Part shown: piece after piece, positions 22,243-39,500 of the stretch | How the letters are laid out: every line of letters starts with the position of its first letter | Position numbering within the stretch: position 1 is the first letter of the stretch | Assembly: GCA_048213135.1 (NCBI GenBank) | Contig: PS015078.1 | Location: 1 to 43,720, forward strand | Reading direction: 5' to 3' | Source: Reclinomonas americana ATCC 50394 | Lineage: Eukaryota | DNA length: 43,720 nt | Position numbers and translations under genes: made by a program | Notes under the pieces: model-generated | Seen by the model: the letters and a program-made list of their open reading frames with translations, nothing else | Told to the model about the DNA's origin: nothing | Database searches by the model: none

Positions 22243-25230
22243 CTATCTCTCATCGTCATCGTCATCGTAGTCGTCATAGTCGTCGTCGTCGTCGTCACCA
22301 TCGTCGTCGTCATCACCCTCGCCATAGTTACCGCCATTGTCGGCCTCATCGTCCCCGTCGTTGGCTTCGTCGCTGAGCTCGCCGTTTTGCCACCGTGCGA
22401 TCTCTGCGCGACAGAGCATCGTGTGAACACAACTTGCGATCCGAGTGCAAGAACAAGGACGATCAAAGACCTGCGCCGTCATCGCCGTCAGCATCCTCCC
22501 ACGAGGTCAAGTCTTCCGCGAAATCGGCACCCGTCAGTGCCGACGGCATGTCGTGTCCGCGGCTTATTCTCGCAGGTGGGTCACTGCACGCAGAAGAATA
22601 CGTCAACAACACACAGACACGCATGGAACCGCACGTGGAGTCACGCAACTGCTGGTCGGCAGAAAGAGTGGGAATCACGGGGGGCGAGCACGGAGACGCC
22701 GAGATGCTGTCATCGTCCGAGGACAGGCTCTGCGACAGCATGTCAGTCGCGACTCACTCCTTCGTTGAGCACCTCGCTCCACTCACCCCATTGCTCTCCT
22801 CTTCCACGTCTGCGGCCTGAAGTGGCGTCAGGGAGTGCGGTCGCGGCATCAGCGCACGGATCGAGTCCTCCTTCTGCCTCTCGTCGACCACAGTAAATGG
22901 GGCCACCACGCGGCCCCTGTGGTCAGAGGGGCGAGCGAATCAGTGAAAGCTCAATAACAGACGACGCGCCTGTGCACACACACTTACGCACCGCAATGCC
23001 GGCTCTCGTTTCAGGTACGACACGTCGACAATGGGCGGTCGTTTCCTTCGTAGTCGCTTGTAGGCATTCGCCGTCGTCGCGATTGCTGTCACACAAGCAC
23101 ACGGTCAGCATGCATGGCGTCAACTGTGAATGTCAGCACTTTTCCAGCGACGCACCGGCGGTGAGAGCCACATGTGGACTGCTGTTCGTGTGCTTGGAGC
23201 GCACGAGCCGCGCCAAAATGTCCACGCTTTCGAGTTTCGGCGAGTAGTGTCCGGGGTCCGACTCGCGCACGTGCTCCACACGCTGCGGTGCATGTAATGG
23301 GGGATGAATGCCGGGAAAACGCGGCTGCGGTGCGACGAGTGGTCTGAGCTCCGGCAGCGACTGGGCGTTGCCGACTTCGAGAAGCGGGTGCCGGCCAGAA
23401 GCGTTGGCCGCCGAGGTAGCAGCAACGACGAAATCCAGCGGACCCTCATGCGGCTGCTTTTGGTGATGGTGGTGGTGATGGTGGTGTGGTCCCTATGTTG
23501 TTTTCCAAAGTGAGTGGAAGCCAGCAACGTGCTTGATGGATTGCACAACTGACCTTGCCGTAATGTCGCTGCTGGTCAGAGTCCGCGCCAGCGGGTGGTC
23601 GAGCCGCAGTTGGCGACAGCATGGTCTCCATCAGGCCATCCGTGTTCTGCAACGTCAGTCGGTGGTGTTTGCGTGGTGCCATGGCAGCTACAACGAAATA
23701 GATCGATGAGCAGCAAGCACAACACGAAAAAATCCTCAGCCAGAGCAGCATGCGCAACTTGGACCGCTTCGTGTGGGCGAGGGCGGGAGCGCATTGGGAA
23801 TGTGATTCACAAACATCTCCAGAGTGCTGCTGGTGCCCGCGGCGACTCCGCTCGTTTGCAGTTGCAATTCAGATACGGGATACAGTTCGTGAACAGCCGC
23901 CGGCCAATGTGATAGTAGCGAGCGACTGCGCACTCGCTCTGGCGCCAATCGGGTTCCCGTGATCCCTCCTGCATCCAGACCAAGGTCCGACTTGGCTCCG
24001 GCTGTTACTCTGAAATTCGTGGCGGCAGCTGCAGCAGCAGCGGCGGCGACTGCGGCGGCGGCCACGGCCGTCGTCAACGGCTGCGGACTGAACAGTGTAC
24101 TGCTCAGTGCCGGATTGGCCACTGCCGACGGCCCAATGCCCCCCTCCAGCACGCCGCCGGCCTCGCCAATCTCCTGCCGCACTGAGCCCGGCCGCGAGCC
24201 GTGTCCATTCTCCAGAAAGATGTTCTGATTCGGTAATCTCGTCAACGCAACCGGTGGCGGTCGTGCCACGCGGGTGGCACGAGAGTCACTCATGTCAGGC
24301 ACCTCCACAGCGTGCGGCGGACACGAGATGAGCCCGCGCTCCGTCAGCGCCAATGGCGGTCTCCGCAGCATTCTGCGTCCTCCCAGCATCAGCATCGCAG
24401 ACTGCCGTCGCCATTCGTCTCACTTGCATCATCGACACCCACTACACACCTTCCACCCATGCCCGTATCCAGCCACTGTCGCACATACTCATCCGCCGAC
24501 GAACCATCTGCACACACGAGAGTGAGCTCGAGCACCCTCCACGCGCTTCAAAAACACCACTCCGTTTCGCAATACCAGAGAGATTGGCAGCAATTGCAAC
24601 CTGCTGCCAAGTGACACCGTCCGACAAGTTCTGCGGACACGCGCGGGAGAACAGGTGAGAGAGACGCACACACGCGAGAACAGCGACCAGAGGGGGGCGC
24701 ACCGAGGGGACCTTTGCCGCATGTCTCCACTGCCCGGGAACATGCCGCTTGCGAATCTTCAACGAGCTTGCCGGCGGCACCCCTGTCATCATCATCGCAG
24801 CGACATCGACTGCTGCAGCTGCTCCACTTCCACCTCCACCACCTCCCAACTGCGACACCTCGTGCGCCTCCTCCTCTGCCGACGTCGATCGGAGGTGCGA
24901 GTGAGTGTGGTACGGCTGCGGCAACAACTGTGGAGGTCCTCGTGTCCGCGACAGAGAGCGATAGTGCCGTTGTCGCTCTTGACTCAATGCGTCACGCAGT
25001 GCGTCGCGTTGTTGCGAACGTAATAGGTCGACCGCTGATTGTTGTTTGTAACGATTGATTAATGAGAACCAATTATGAGTGCGTGCCGCGAGGATGAGGA
25101 TTCACACACGCACACACACGCACACTGTCTCTCACGCTGTCTATCCACGCACACACATGCGCGCAGAGAAGCAGAGGAAGAAAGAGACAGACTGCGCTCT
25201 TGACAAACCGTCTCTCACAGCGGCCTCCAT
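22243..25230 (-). CDS. Large low-complexity hypothetical protein (multi-exon, acidic C-terminus)
   Basis: Chain of in-frame GT-AG exons from MEAAVRD|AVDLLRSQ.. to ..DDDDDER*. No recognisable domain. Confidence 0.5.
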
Positions 25231-25418
25231 TTGCTCGCGCGCGCGTGTGTCGCGTGGAGTGGCACACACAAAGAGCGCGACCAACACACACACGCACACA
25301 GGCAGGCAGAGACACACACAACGCGCGCTCACACTGAGGAATATCGAAGGTGACAATCAGCGCACAGTGAGTCATGTCCGTTGGCGCGTGCCTTTTGCTT
25401 CTTTGTGAGAGAGAAAGA

Positions 25419-26261
25419 ATGGAAGTCGAGCGTGTGCTTTCGTTCAGCACGCAGCGTGATGGCGATTGTGTGCCACAGCCGCATCGAAAGCGACGCAAGC
25501 ATGTGGTGGAAGAAGAGGAGGAGGAAGAGGCGGAAATTGTTGAGCATGAGGAGGCGCCTTGTGTGCAGTACCAGCCGAAGCAGAGGTGAGTGTGTGAGTG
25601 AGTATGTGCGTGTGTGAGAGAGACTGAGACTCATGTCTGTGTTGCAGGCCACGGATGTTTATCCCGATTCGTGCGGGTGCCGGCGTGTTCGATGCCGATG
25701 TGATCTTCCCGTACACAGTTCCGTCGCCTTTCCTCCTTGTCGCTCACAGTGTGCGAGGGTGTATGTTCATTTGTATGTCGACTGCAGCGCTCGTCGGCCA
25801 CGATATATGGTCCGCTGCATACGGACACGCTGTTGAATCCGGTTTCGTACGATCGCATCACCTTCACCGAGGGTGCGTCGGTGGATGTCCTTCTCTTTGT
25901 TTACTAGATGCATCGCTGATATGCGCTTCGTGTACGCGTGCAGGTCAATTCTTCATGGGCAAGGACCACTCGTTGCGTGCTTTCGCTTGTGTGTGATTCT
26001 TCACACACGATGATGACTGATCGACGGTGCAGAACATGGATGACGACGCTTACGGGCCCCAGCATCAACTTTTGGAAGGTGGGGCTGGCTGGCGTTGCGC
26101 CGAGGCCTTTGTTGTCTCCGCCCCTCTTTTGCTCACTGAATCGCTCGCAGTACGACGAGGCCAAGAGGAACTTCTACGTGGCCTACTCGCTGGCGTTCGA
26201 CAACAGCGAGTCGACCGCCATGCAAGAGTTTGTGCAACTGCGTGCCTTCTTCTGCTTGTGA
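25419..26261 (+). CDS. Hypothetical protein (possible PH-like fold in the C-terminal half)
   Basis: Six in-frame exons MEVERVLSF..|PRMFIPIRAG..|..|GQFFMGKDHS|TWMTTLTGPSINFWK|YDEAKRNFYVAYSLAFDNSESTAMQEFVQLRAFFCL*. Confidence 0.55.
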
Positions 26262-26400
26262 CGAGAAGACAGAGAAATATAACAAATGCCTCTTCTGCGA
26301 TTCACTACTACTGCTCGGGGAAAAAACGAACAACAACTCATTAGCCAGGCTCCACTGCCGCCGGCTGTGCATCACCACTCTCATCCTCCGTACGCTTGTT

Positions 26401-28338
<1,938 letters not shown>

Positions 28339-28567
28339 AGTCTGTGTGTGTGTGTGAGTGCGTTGCTCCTACAAGTGCGAAAGATATGCTATGTGGGACA
28401 GATTGGTTTGTCTCTTCCGTGCTCGCCGGCGGGAAGGCAATCGACGCGGAGTGCGAGAGAAGGAGAGTCTCCGATTAGCGCGCGTTTGTGTGAGAGCAAA
28501 GCTCCGGCCGTTTCTTTCTTTTGCTAGTCCTCCTGTGAGCAAGCATCAACTGCATCCGAAGAAAAGC

Positions 28568-31765
<3,198 letters not shown>

Positions 31766-31859
31766 ACAGACTTCACGTAGAGAGAAATGTTCCGATGTCC
31801 CTCGTCCCGCGTTCTCTCAATCACACACTTCAAGTCCACTTCAAGCCTTGTGAGAGAGA

Positions 31860-32398
31860 ATGCTGAAGGCCAAGGCATTGCCGCCCGTTCTGGAACAAGC
31901 CGTCGACCACGGCGTGCGAAGTGCTCTGTTGAGTGAGCGACACTAAGACACAGAGATTCGCACACACATACACACACGTGTGAGAGATGCCACGCGTGCA
32001 ACACATGCGCGCGCTCTCTCATACACACACACGCACACAGCGAGAGAGAGAAATGACGCAAGAGAGTGTGCGCGTGTGTGTGTGCAGATGTGAACATGTG
32101 CACTCTCTCACACACGCTCTTCTTCTTCTTCTTCCGCAGTCTGTTCAATGGTGAGGGCAACCTGCTTGCGGGCAAGAGCACGGAGGGCATTGATGAGCAG
32201 TTGTTGTCGGCGATTGTGTCGAATGTGTGGAAGAGCATTGAGTCGGTGGGTGCGGGAGGTCAGCGACCTGAGGCTCTCGACTTTATGCTGGCCGACTTTG
32301 AGGTGAGAGGGAGAGAGAGGAGGAGGAGGAGAGAGAGGGAGGAGAGAAAGAAGGGAAGGGGAGAGTGTGATTGAGAGACGGAGAATAGGAATGCTGGG

Positions 32399-32465
<67 letters not shown>

Positions 32466-33354
32466 GACGACGACGAGAGAGNNNNNNNNNNNNNNNNNNN
32501 NNNNNNNNNNNNNNNNNNNNNNNNNNNNNNNNNNNNNNNNNNNNNNNNNNNNNNNNNNNNNNNNNNNNNNNNNNNNNNNNNNNNNNNNNNNNNNNNNNNN
32601 NNNNNNNNNNNNNNNNNNNNNNNNNNNNNNNNNNNNNNNNNNNNNNNNNNNNNNNNNNNNNNNNNNNNNNNNNNNNNNNNNNNNNNNNNNNNNNNNNNNN
32701 NNNNNNNNNNNNNNNNNNNNCTATGAGAGTTTGAGCAATGACAGAGCGCATCATGCAGCCGCTGCGCCTGGAGTGTGCTATCAAGAGTGTCACATTCACC
32801 TCCATTAAGTGTGACTTAGGAGAGTGTGACATTCAGTCACTGTGGCAGAGACTTGCAGATTGCACTTGAGAGCGTGGCATTCAGTCCTACTGTAGCGCTT
32901 GCGTTCGAGAGCATGACACTCTGTCACTGACTCGCAGTCCGCACCCAAAAGCACATCATTCAGCCACTGTGGCCGAGGCGCACAGCTTGTTCCCGAGAGC
33001 GTCACATGCAGCCACTGGTGACAACTCACAGCTTGCACTGAGAGCGTCACATTCACCCGCAATGAGAGCAACGCACATCTTGCACCCGATAGCATGACAT
33101 GCAGTCTCTATTCACACTTGTTGCACTCAAGAGCGACCACCATCTTCGTCGCGTCACACACGCTTTGCATCACTCTGACTCACCCTTCCGTCTTTTGTGT
33201 GCTTCAGGGCGGTCGCCTCTGCGTAGTGCCGATCTCCAAGGTGCTGCTGTGCTTGGTGGCTACCTCCAACACGCCGTTCGGTCTGCTGCGATCCAAGGCT
33301 GTGGTGCTGCAGCAAGCCATCTCGGTGCCCTTCAGCCAGATCATCGAGCAATAA
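31860..33354 (+). CDS. LAMTOR2: Ragulator subunit LAMTOR2 (roadblock fold)
   Basis: Exons 31860-31927, 32140-32302 and 33208-33354: MLKAKALPPVLEQAVDHGVRSALLFNGEGNLLA..SAIVSNVW..FMLADFEGGRL..LLCLVA..FGLLRSKA..PFSQI, colinear with LAMTOR2. Confidence 0.93.
32743..33140. repeat. Degenerate tandem array, about 10 units of 37-48 bp, in LAMTOR2 intron 2
   Basis: Core approximately TTGCACYCGAGAGCRTSACATKCAGYCACTG. AGAGY/AWAGC anchors at 32743, 32784, 32821, 32869, 32908, 32948, 32996, 33041, 33089 and 33130. Confidence 0.75.
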
Positions 33355-33479
33355 TGAGGCGATATGCCTCGTTGTTGTTGTCGTCTCTCTCCTTGTTTCT
33401 TTCTCCCTAAATCGTTTGAAATGCATTTTGTTGGTCGTTGTTCTTTTTCTCGTCTTGTCGTCGTCGTCGTCGCACTTCA

Positions 33480-35446
33480 TTATCTGGGCGCCTCGAGCGG
33501 TCGAATCAGTGACTGGAAGCGTGACCAGCTCGGTGTGCGGTGCGGCTTGAGGAGATGGAACACGCGAGAGGTGAGCTGGCGCAATCGCTCGCCACGAGTC
33601 AGCAGCGTGTACCAGCGGTGTTGCAGGCGGCGGCGTTGCTCTGCAGCAGGTCGGCGATCAGGGGGTTTTTTAATCCTTGCACACAATCGTGTCGGCCAGT
33701 GTACGTACCTCGGTGTGCCAGCATGTAGGCCGCTTCGTCGTGCTTTGCGGCGTCCACACGCCACGACTCGAGCGTGGCATCGGCGAGTTGTTCGAGGTAG
33801 AGATCGGCGAATGGCAGGTACAACTGCGCCACACTCGCGGCCACCACCACGTCCACGTCCCACAACAAGAGTCGACGCAATGTGCGACTCACTTGCTGCG
33901 GAGCACCACAGATTCGTGTGAGTTGAATACTTGGAAGGCGATCGACAGCAACGAAAGAATGGCCAAACCAGTGTCTGCAGCACGATATCGAGCACAGCTC
34001 GATAGTACTCTGTGTCCTCCAGTGGCGCATCGTCAACCGGCAGCACTGCGATGGGTTGCGCGTGAGAAGCGTGCCACGATCCCAAAGTATGACAGTGTCT
34101 GGCGAACCGAGTGCAGAGTCGAGGGGCGACGGTTGCACGACATGTGACTCGGAGGCAAAGAGACCGCATGTCGACGCCGCAGCCTCGGCCATTTGTTGCT
34201 CCTGTGCCAACAGCGGGCACACGACTGCAGAAGAAAGAGAGTGAGCGAGGCCAGACGATGCTCCCAAAACGAGCACGACTCCCGCAACAGAATTCATCAC
34301 GATCTGCCGCCTCCATGGTCGACGCCGGCACCAGCAGCACAAACAACACATTTTCCTAAAGAGACAGCCACGCGTGAGCGCACGTGAGGTGAAGATGTGG
34401 GCGCTCAGGATGTACAATAGCACACCAGCAGCGGTCCGGATTCTGTGTTGGCGGCCTCGTCGAGCAACTGACGCACGACACGGGCGACCACCTGCCAGTG
34501 TGACGCTGCCTCGCACAGTCGCCGCATCATCTAGCGAATGATCGGTGAGGCAGCAGCGGTAAACACACAGAAGACTACAGATGCACACGTACCGCAAACC
34601 GCACGGCGAATTCGGGCTGCCGAAAGAGAACCACACTCGACTCTGCGCACACGAACAAGTCGGCGACAATGAACGACGACGAGACAACTCGCACGACCAC
34701 GCACCAGCATACGTGCGCAGCTCGGCGAACCTATTCCCCGCCTTCTCGCCACCATCCACAGGCGCAGCCGCCACTGCAGCCGGCACCGGCTCCGCAGCCA
34801 CATACTCATCCATGATCACCACTGCCTTGGTCCACGACAACAACTCCCGCATCAGCTGCACCGACAGTGAGCAGTGCTGCAACGCGGTGAAGCACTCCTC
34901 GCACCGCCAAGCACCTCATCGACAGCCGGCATTCTTGCCACTGCCTCTTCGGAACGCGTCTCCTTCTCGCCACACTGCTGCTGCACCTGCACGAGATACT
35001 CGACAGCTGCCGGAGGGAGCACCTCGCGTACAATCGCCGGAACCTGTCCACCACTGACCACACTCAGCATGCGCTCCGCCAGCACCACACTGCATCATCG
35101 CATGAGCTGAGGGGGGAAGGTGATCGCCGACATGCAAAAAGAGACTGACTGACCGTGTCTCTTGCAGAAATCGCTCCACAGTCGCCTCTGTCACTCGCCA
35201 CGCATCACTCAGCTCGCGTACGATTCTCTGCTGCTCCACTGCATCGCACACAACGAATGCCTGCATTCACTCAGCATTCACAGAGGGAGTGTGAGAGAGA
35301 CAAGTGACAAGGAGTACCTGTTCCACAGAGTGCGCCCAGTGCATTGCGCGTGCGGCATTCTCCTCATCGCCACTGCACAGCTGGCGACACGCAGGTAGCA
35401 GGTGCGTCCACACATAGTGCGCCTGGTCGCGCACCTCCTCACCCAT
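33480..35446 (-). CDS. Putative Fanconi anemia group F (FANCF)-like protein
   Basis: N-terminal DEENAARAMHWAHSVE, then LLWDVDVVVAASVAQLYLPFADLYLEQL and RLQHRWYTLL..LRQ..PSWSRF. These resemble the three conserved FANCF blocks in the right order (by-eye comparison). Confidence 0.5.
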
Positions 35447-35506
35447 ACGCGACAAGAAAGCCTGTCCTCTGTCCTCTTCATTCTCTTGATCATCGCCTCT
35501 GAGCAC
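35447..35506. promoter_or_regulatory. Putative minimal bidirectional promoter (60 bp between divergent ATGs)
   Basis: ATG at 35446(-) and ATG at 35507(+). Inferred only from the gene models. Confidence 0.35.
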
Positions 35507-35783
35507 ATGTTTGATCGCTCCAACCGCCTTCTCACATACGCCGTGGCACTTGTCGTCGGTGTCTCCTCTGGTGTGTACATCTGGAACGAGCCACTGAAGA
35601 ACCAGTTGCGCTCAACAAACAACAAACACACATGCGCATCTGTTGTCTCTCACACGTGCGTTGTGTGCTTCGTGCAGCTATGCTCAGAGACGCGTAGAGA
35701 TTGCTCAGCAGCAGCAGCAGAAGCAGCAGCAGCAAGAGCAGTCGTCGTCGTCTGGTGGCACGTCGACATCGACCTCGCAGTAA
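35507..35783 (+). CDS. 67-aa single-TM microprotein, PIGBOS1-like
   Basis: Exons 35507-35604 and 35678-35783: MFDRSNRLLTYAVALVVGVSSGVYIWNEPLKNHYAQRRVEIAQQQQQKQQQQEQSSSSGGTSTSTSQ*. Confidence 0.6.
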
Positions 35784-35863
35784 ACATTTCCGTCCGTTCA
35801 TCATTCCGTCGGTTTCGGCAGTTTCTTTGGCGTGTGCGCGTGTGTGCCTTGGCCAGTGGGCCC

Positions 35864-36392
35864 ATGAGCCTCGAGTTCTTCGCCAAGTACGGCAAGCGCA
35901 AGAGCTGGGAGCCGTATCAGGCACCCAAGCGCAAGCTGATCCCGTTTGAGACGTTTTTCGAGGTGGTACACGAGGAGCGGCTGGAGACGGTTCAGAAGGA
36001 TGTGTTGCGTCCGATTCTCCACGCACTCGAAAGAAAGCACTGCTGTCTCTCGTTGTTCTCTCACACCGACACACAGTCCGATCTTGTTCTCGTTCACGGG
36101 CGAGGATCCAGTGTACGAACACTATCAGCGCGTGAAGCAAAAGCTGCGTGAGGATTCGCGAGTGGATCGCGCGGTGGTGGAGGACAAGCTGCGCGAGCTG
36201 GAGGAGCAGAAGCAGGCGGTGTTGACGCAGACGGAGATCACCATTGCGCATTTCGTCAGCACCGAGATTGTGGAGAAGCAGCAACGGCCGTATGTGATGG
36301 CCAAGAATCGCCAGCACAAGGCCGCTGTGCAGGTGCATCACGACAGCGCAAAGCCCATGCGCAAGAATGCACAGCCGCATGAACGACGATGA
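35864..36392 (+). CDS. Small hypothetical coiled-coil protein (2 exons)
   Basis: MSLEFFAKYGKRKSWEPY..QKDV|PILFSFTGEDPVYEHYQRVKQKL..* joined through the GTTGCGT donor at 36004. Confidence 0.6.
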
Positions 36393-36556
36393 TGAATGTA
36401 AAAAAAAACAACAATCTGTTATTATTACTACAACATTACACGAACTGGTCACACTGGGCACGCCACTTCTTAACATGCGGCGGCCGCGACGGTGACGGAG
36501 TGCATCCTTTCAACTTAAAGGAATGCAAAACTACTAGGGTGGGCAACTGCGAGCGG

Positions 36557-39500
36557 TCACCACAGGTACGCCAGAGCGTTGGATGTCGGCGTTGTTGACA
36601 GCAGCGACGCGTCACACACCGATGCCTGCATGAAGGGGATAAGCCAGTCGACACTGCTGCAGCAAAAGGGAAAAGGCGACTGACCTTGAAAGTGGTACTG
36701 TCACACGTCTGGGTGTTGCAAATGCCCGCATTGAAGGTCGTCGAGCAGAAGCCACGAATGGCGACGCCGGTGTTGTCCGAGCCTTGTGCTCGAGGCCGTT
36801 CCTGCACAACATACACACTTTCAGATCGATGGACGGCACGCTGACAGAAGAGAGCGGCAACGCACCACAATTTTGCCGCCTCTACAAGTCCACAGTTCCA
36901 CCGAGGTGTACTTGGTGCCGGCGTTGCCGGCCATGCAGCAGCAGTTGGCGGCGAATGTTCCCCAGTTCGTAAAGCCAGCAAACTCGTAATCTTGAAGCAC
37001 CGAGCACGTTCCCTGTGATCGAAACAGCGTCAGCCTGACACACGTATGACACACGAGCACTCGCGGCGACAACAACGCAACGACGACATCGCGAATCGGA
37101 TAAAATTTGGGATCCGAGGAGTCGATCACGAGGCCCACCAGTGCCACGCCAAGGATGAGGAAGGCACCAAAGCCTGCGAGTTGCGCGAGTAAGAACCGTG
37201 TGTGCATCAAGAGACGGAGCAGCATCCACGCACCAATAATCAAAAAGTAATTGGAGGTCAGCTTGAGATTGTACTCGTTCAGCTGCCGATCCAGCACCAA
37301 CGACAGGGGCACGGTGACGACTTTGTTCTTGTCCGACCGGTTCACCACTTGTACTTTTGTGGATCGGTAGGCTTGCACGTCCTGCATACCACCACCACCG
37401 CCGTCAGTGAGATGCGTGAATGCGAAGAAGAAGAACCCACAGAGGGCCTCCACGCAACTCGATGGTGCAGCGGAACGACGGGGTTCACCGCCGACTGAGG
37501 TCTCGACTGCGACGGGGCAGCCGGTGTTGTCATCCAGTTATTTCCTGGCACACCGTCGGCCGGTGCAATCGCCACGGCGGCGGTATTGGTGTTCGCCGCA
37601 ATCTCCGCGTCGCGGCGTTTCTGTGCGAAGAGCGTTGGTCACGGTGACGACTGACAAGTGTGCCTCCGTGAGCGACAAACCATATAGCTGGCACGCGCAA
37701 AGCGCTGTCGGCAGTAGTCGAAGAAGAGGCCGATGATGATGCACAGGCCCGGCAGCGCCACGTTGACACCGAGTAGGACGTACAAACCCTCCGGTGGGAA
37801 GCGAACATTCAGGCTGAACAACAGGAACACAATGGCGTTGCTGATGTTGCAGATCGACGTCACCGATGCCAGCGCATCCTACACGCCTGGTCGTCAGTGC
37901 ACACGTACAGTCGAAGGGACATTATAAAGCAAGCAACGCACCAAAAAGCCCGACACGTACGGTCGGCAGAACAGGAGCAAGCAAGTGAAAATGACATGCA
38001 CGCCGAGCATGACGCTGGTGGCCACGGTGGGATACTGCGCGGTGAATCGATGAGTGATCGGGGGCAAGCCGTGCGAGCAAACAGCGAGAGAAATGCGTAC
38101 CGGGAACAAGAAAATGGCTGTCACGACAAGCGTCTGGAGCACTCGGCGATGAGAACACAATGTGGCCGGCATGCACACAACACAATCATAGGAGACGCAC
38201 GAATTTCTGCACAATCTGGATGACCTTCCAGTAGCGCCACTTGTAGGCGTACGACGAGTACAGCATCTGCGTGACAGAAATTGGTGAGCTAAACAGAGCG
38301 GCACGAGACAAAAAACTATCGTCCAACTCAAGCAGCACCTTGGCGGAATTCTCCGTCACGGCGACTCGCACGCGCCACTCGACACGCTGGCGCTCTCGGG
38401 GCGGCAACGACGCAAACTCCTCATCAGTGAGGTTGACGTCTTCACCGCGCACCGGCAACACACGGAGGAACTTGACGCTGTTGCGCGTCAAGTACCAGTA
38501 CAGCACTGCATGCAGGCGAAGCCAGCCAGTCAGCAAAAAATGGATGGCTCGTCATCAAGACGAAGAGCAGATAATGTGCGAGCGCAACTTGGAATGCCGA
38601 CGCAGTACAGGAGGAACGCCAGGCCAGCACCCGGTGCGTAGTACGGCCAGATTTCGCCCGTGCAAGACAGCGTCGGGTCCGCTTGCTGCGCCGCCACAAA
38701 GAAGCGCACAGTTGGTGAGCCACCACCACCACAAGATCTGTGCACACACAGCACGCAACAAGACGCAAGTCGGTTTCACCCGGACACAAGTCCGAGATCC
38801 CGCAGTTGTTGAGCCACGTGCACGACTCGCACATGGCGGTACGGCGAGCGAGAGACGACAGCGCTGTGCACTCGAAAATCAGACGCATTTCGCTTTCTCG
38901 CGACGCTGCCACACGACAGACACACACACCTTCACTCAGGCGCACCGCGCGGCTGACGAAGCGAGAGCCGGAGCCGCACGTCTGCTGAGTGCATTTGGCC
39001 ACGGCGAGAATCGTGTTGATGATGGGGACGTAGATGAGCGAGAGGCCAAACACGAGGCCCTTCAGCACCACCTTCTTGATAAAGAACTGCATCATGACGA
39101 GGAAGACGCGGCCACGACGGAACAGGTTGAGCGTCCACTGAAGCAGCAGCAGACCACCAGTGCCGGTCATCACCCAGCTGCACGCCAACAGTAAGCATCA
39201 AGGACAGTGACTACGGGAACGATGAGGGAGAGACTGACCTAATAACGAATCCAGCAGCACCCAAGGCGTCCTGCACGGTGCTGAGTCCGACCTTGTCGCC
39301 CGGAATGACACCGGCGGCGAGTAGGCCGAGCGCAATGAGGAAAATGGCAAAGATAAAGTCGCGCAACAAAATGCAGCAGTCTGTGCGGCCGAACGGTCAG
39401 AGGCGATGGGCGACAACAAAGGAGGCGAACACGGAAGAAAAACGCAACGCTTCTTCTTGGCGCGAGCCATGCTACGGCGCAGAGCCATCGCAGACAGGTT

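Noticed and set aside
32743-33140. CRISPR array
   Set aside because: The repeats are too degenerate and the linkers too short. The context is a eukaryotic intron with no cas genes.
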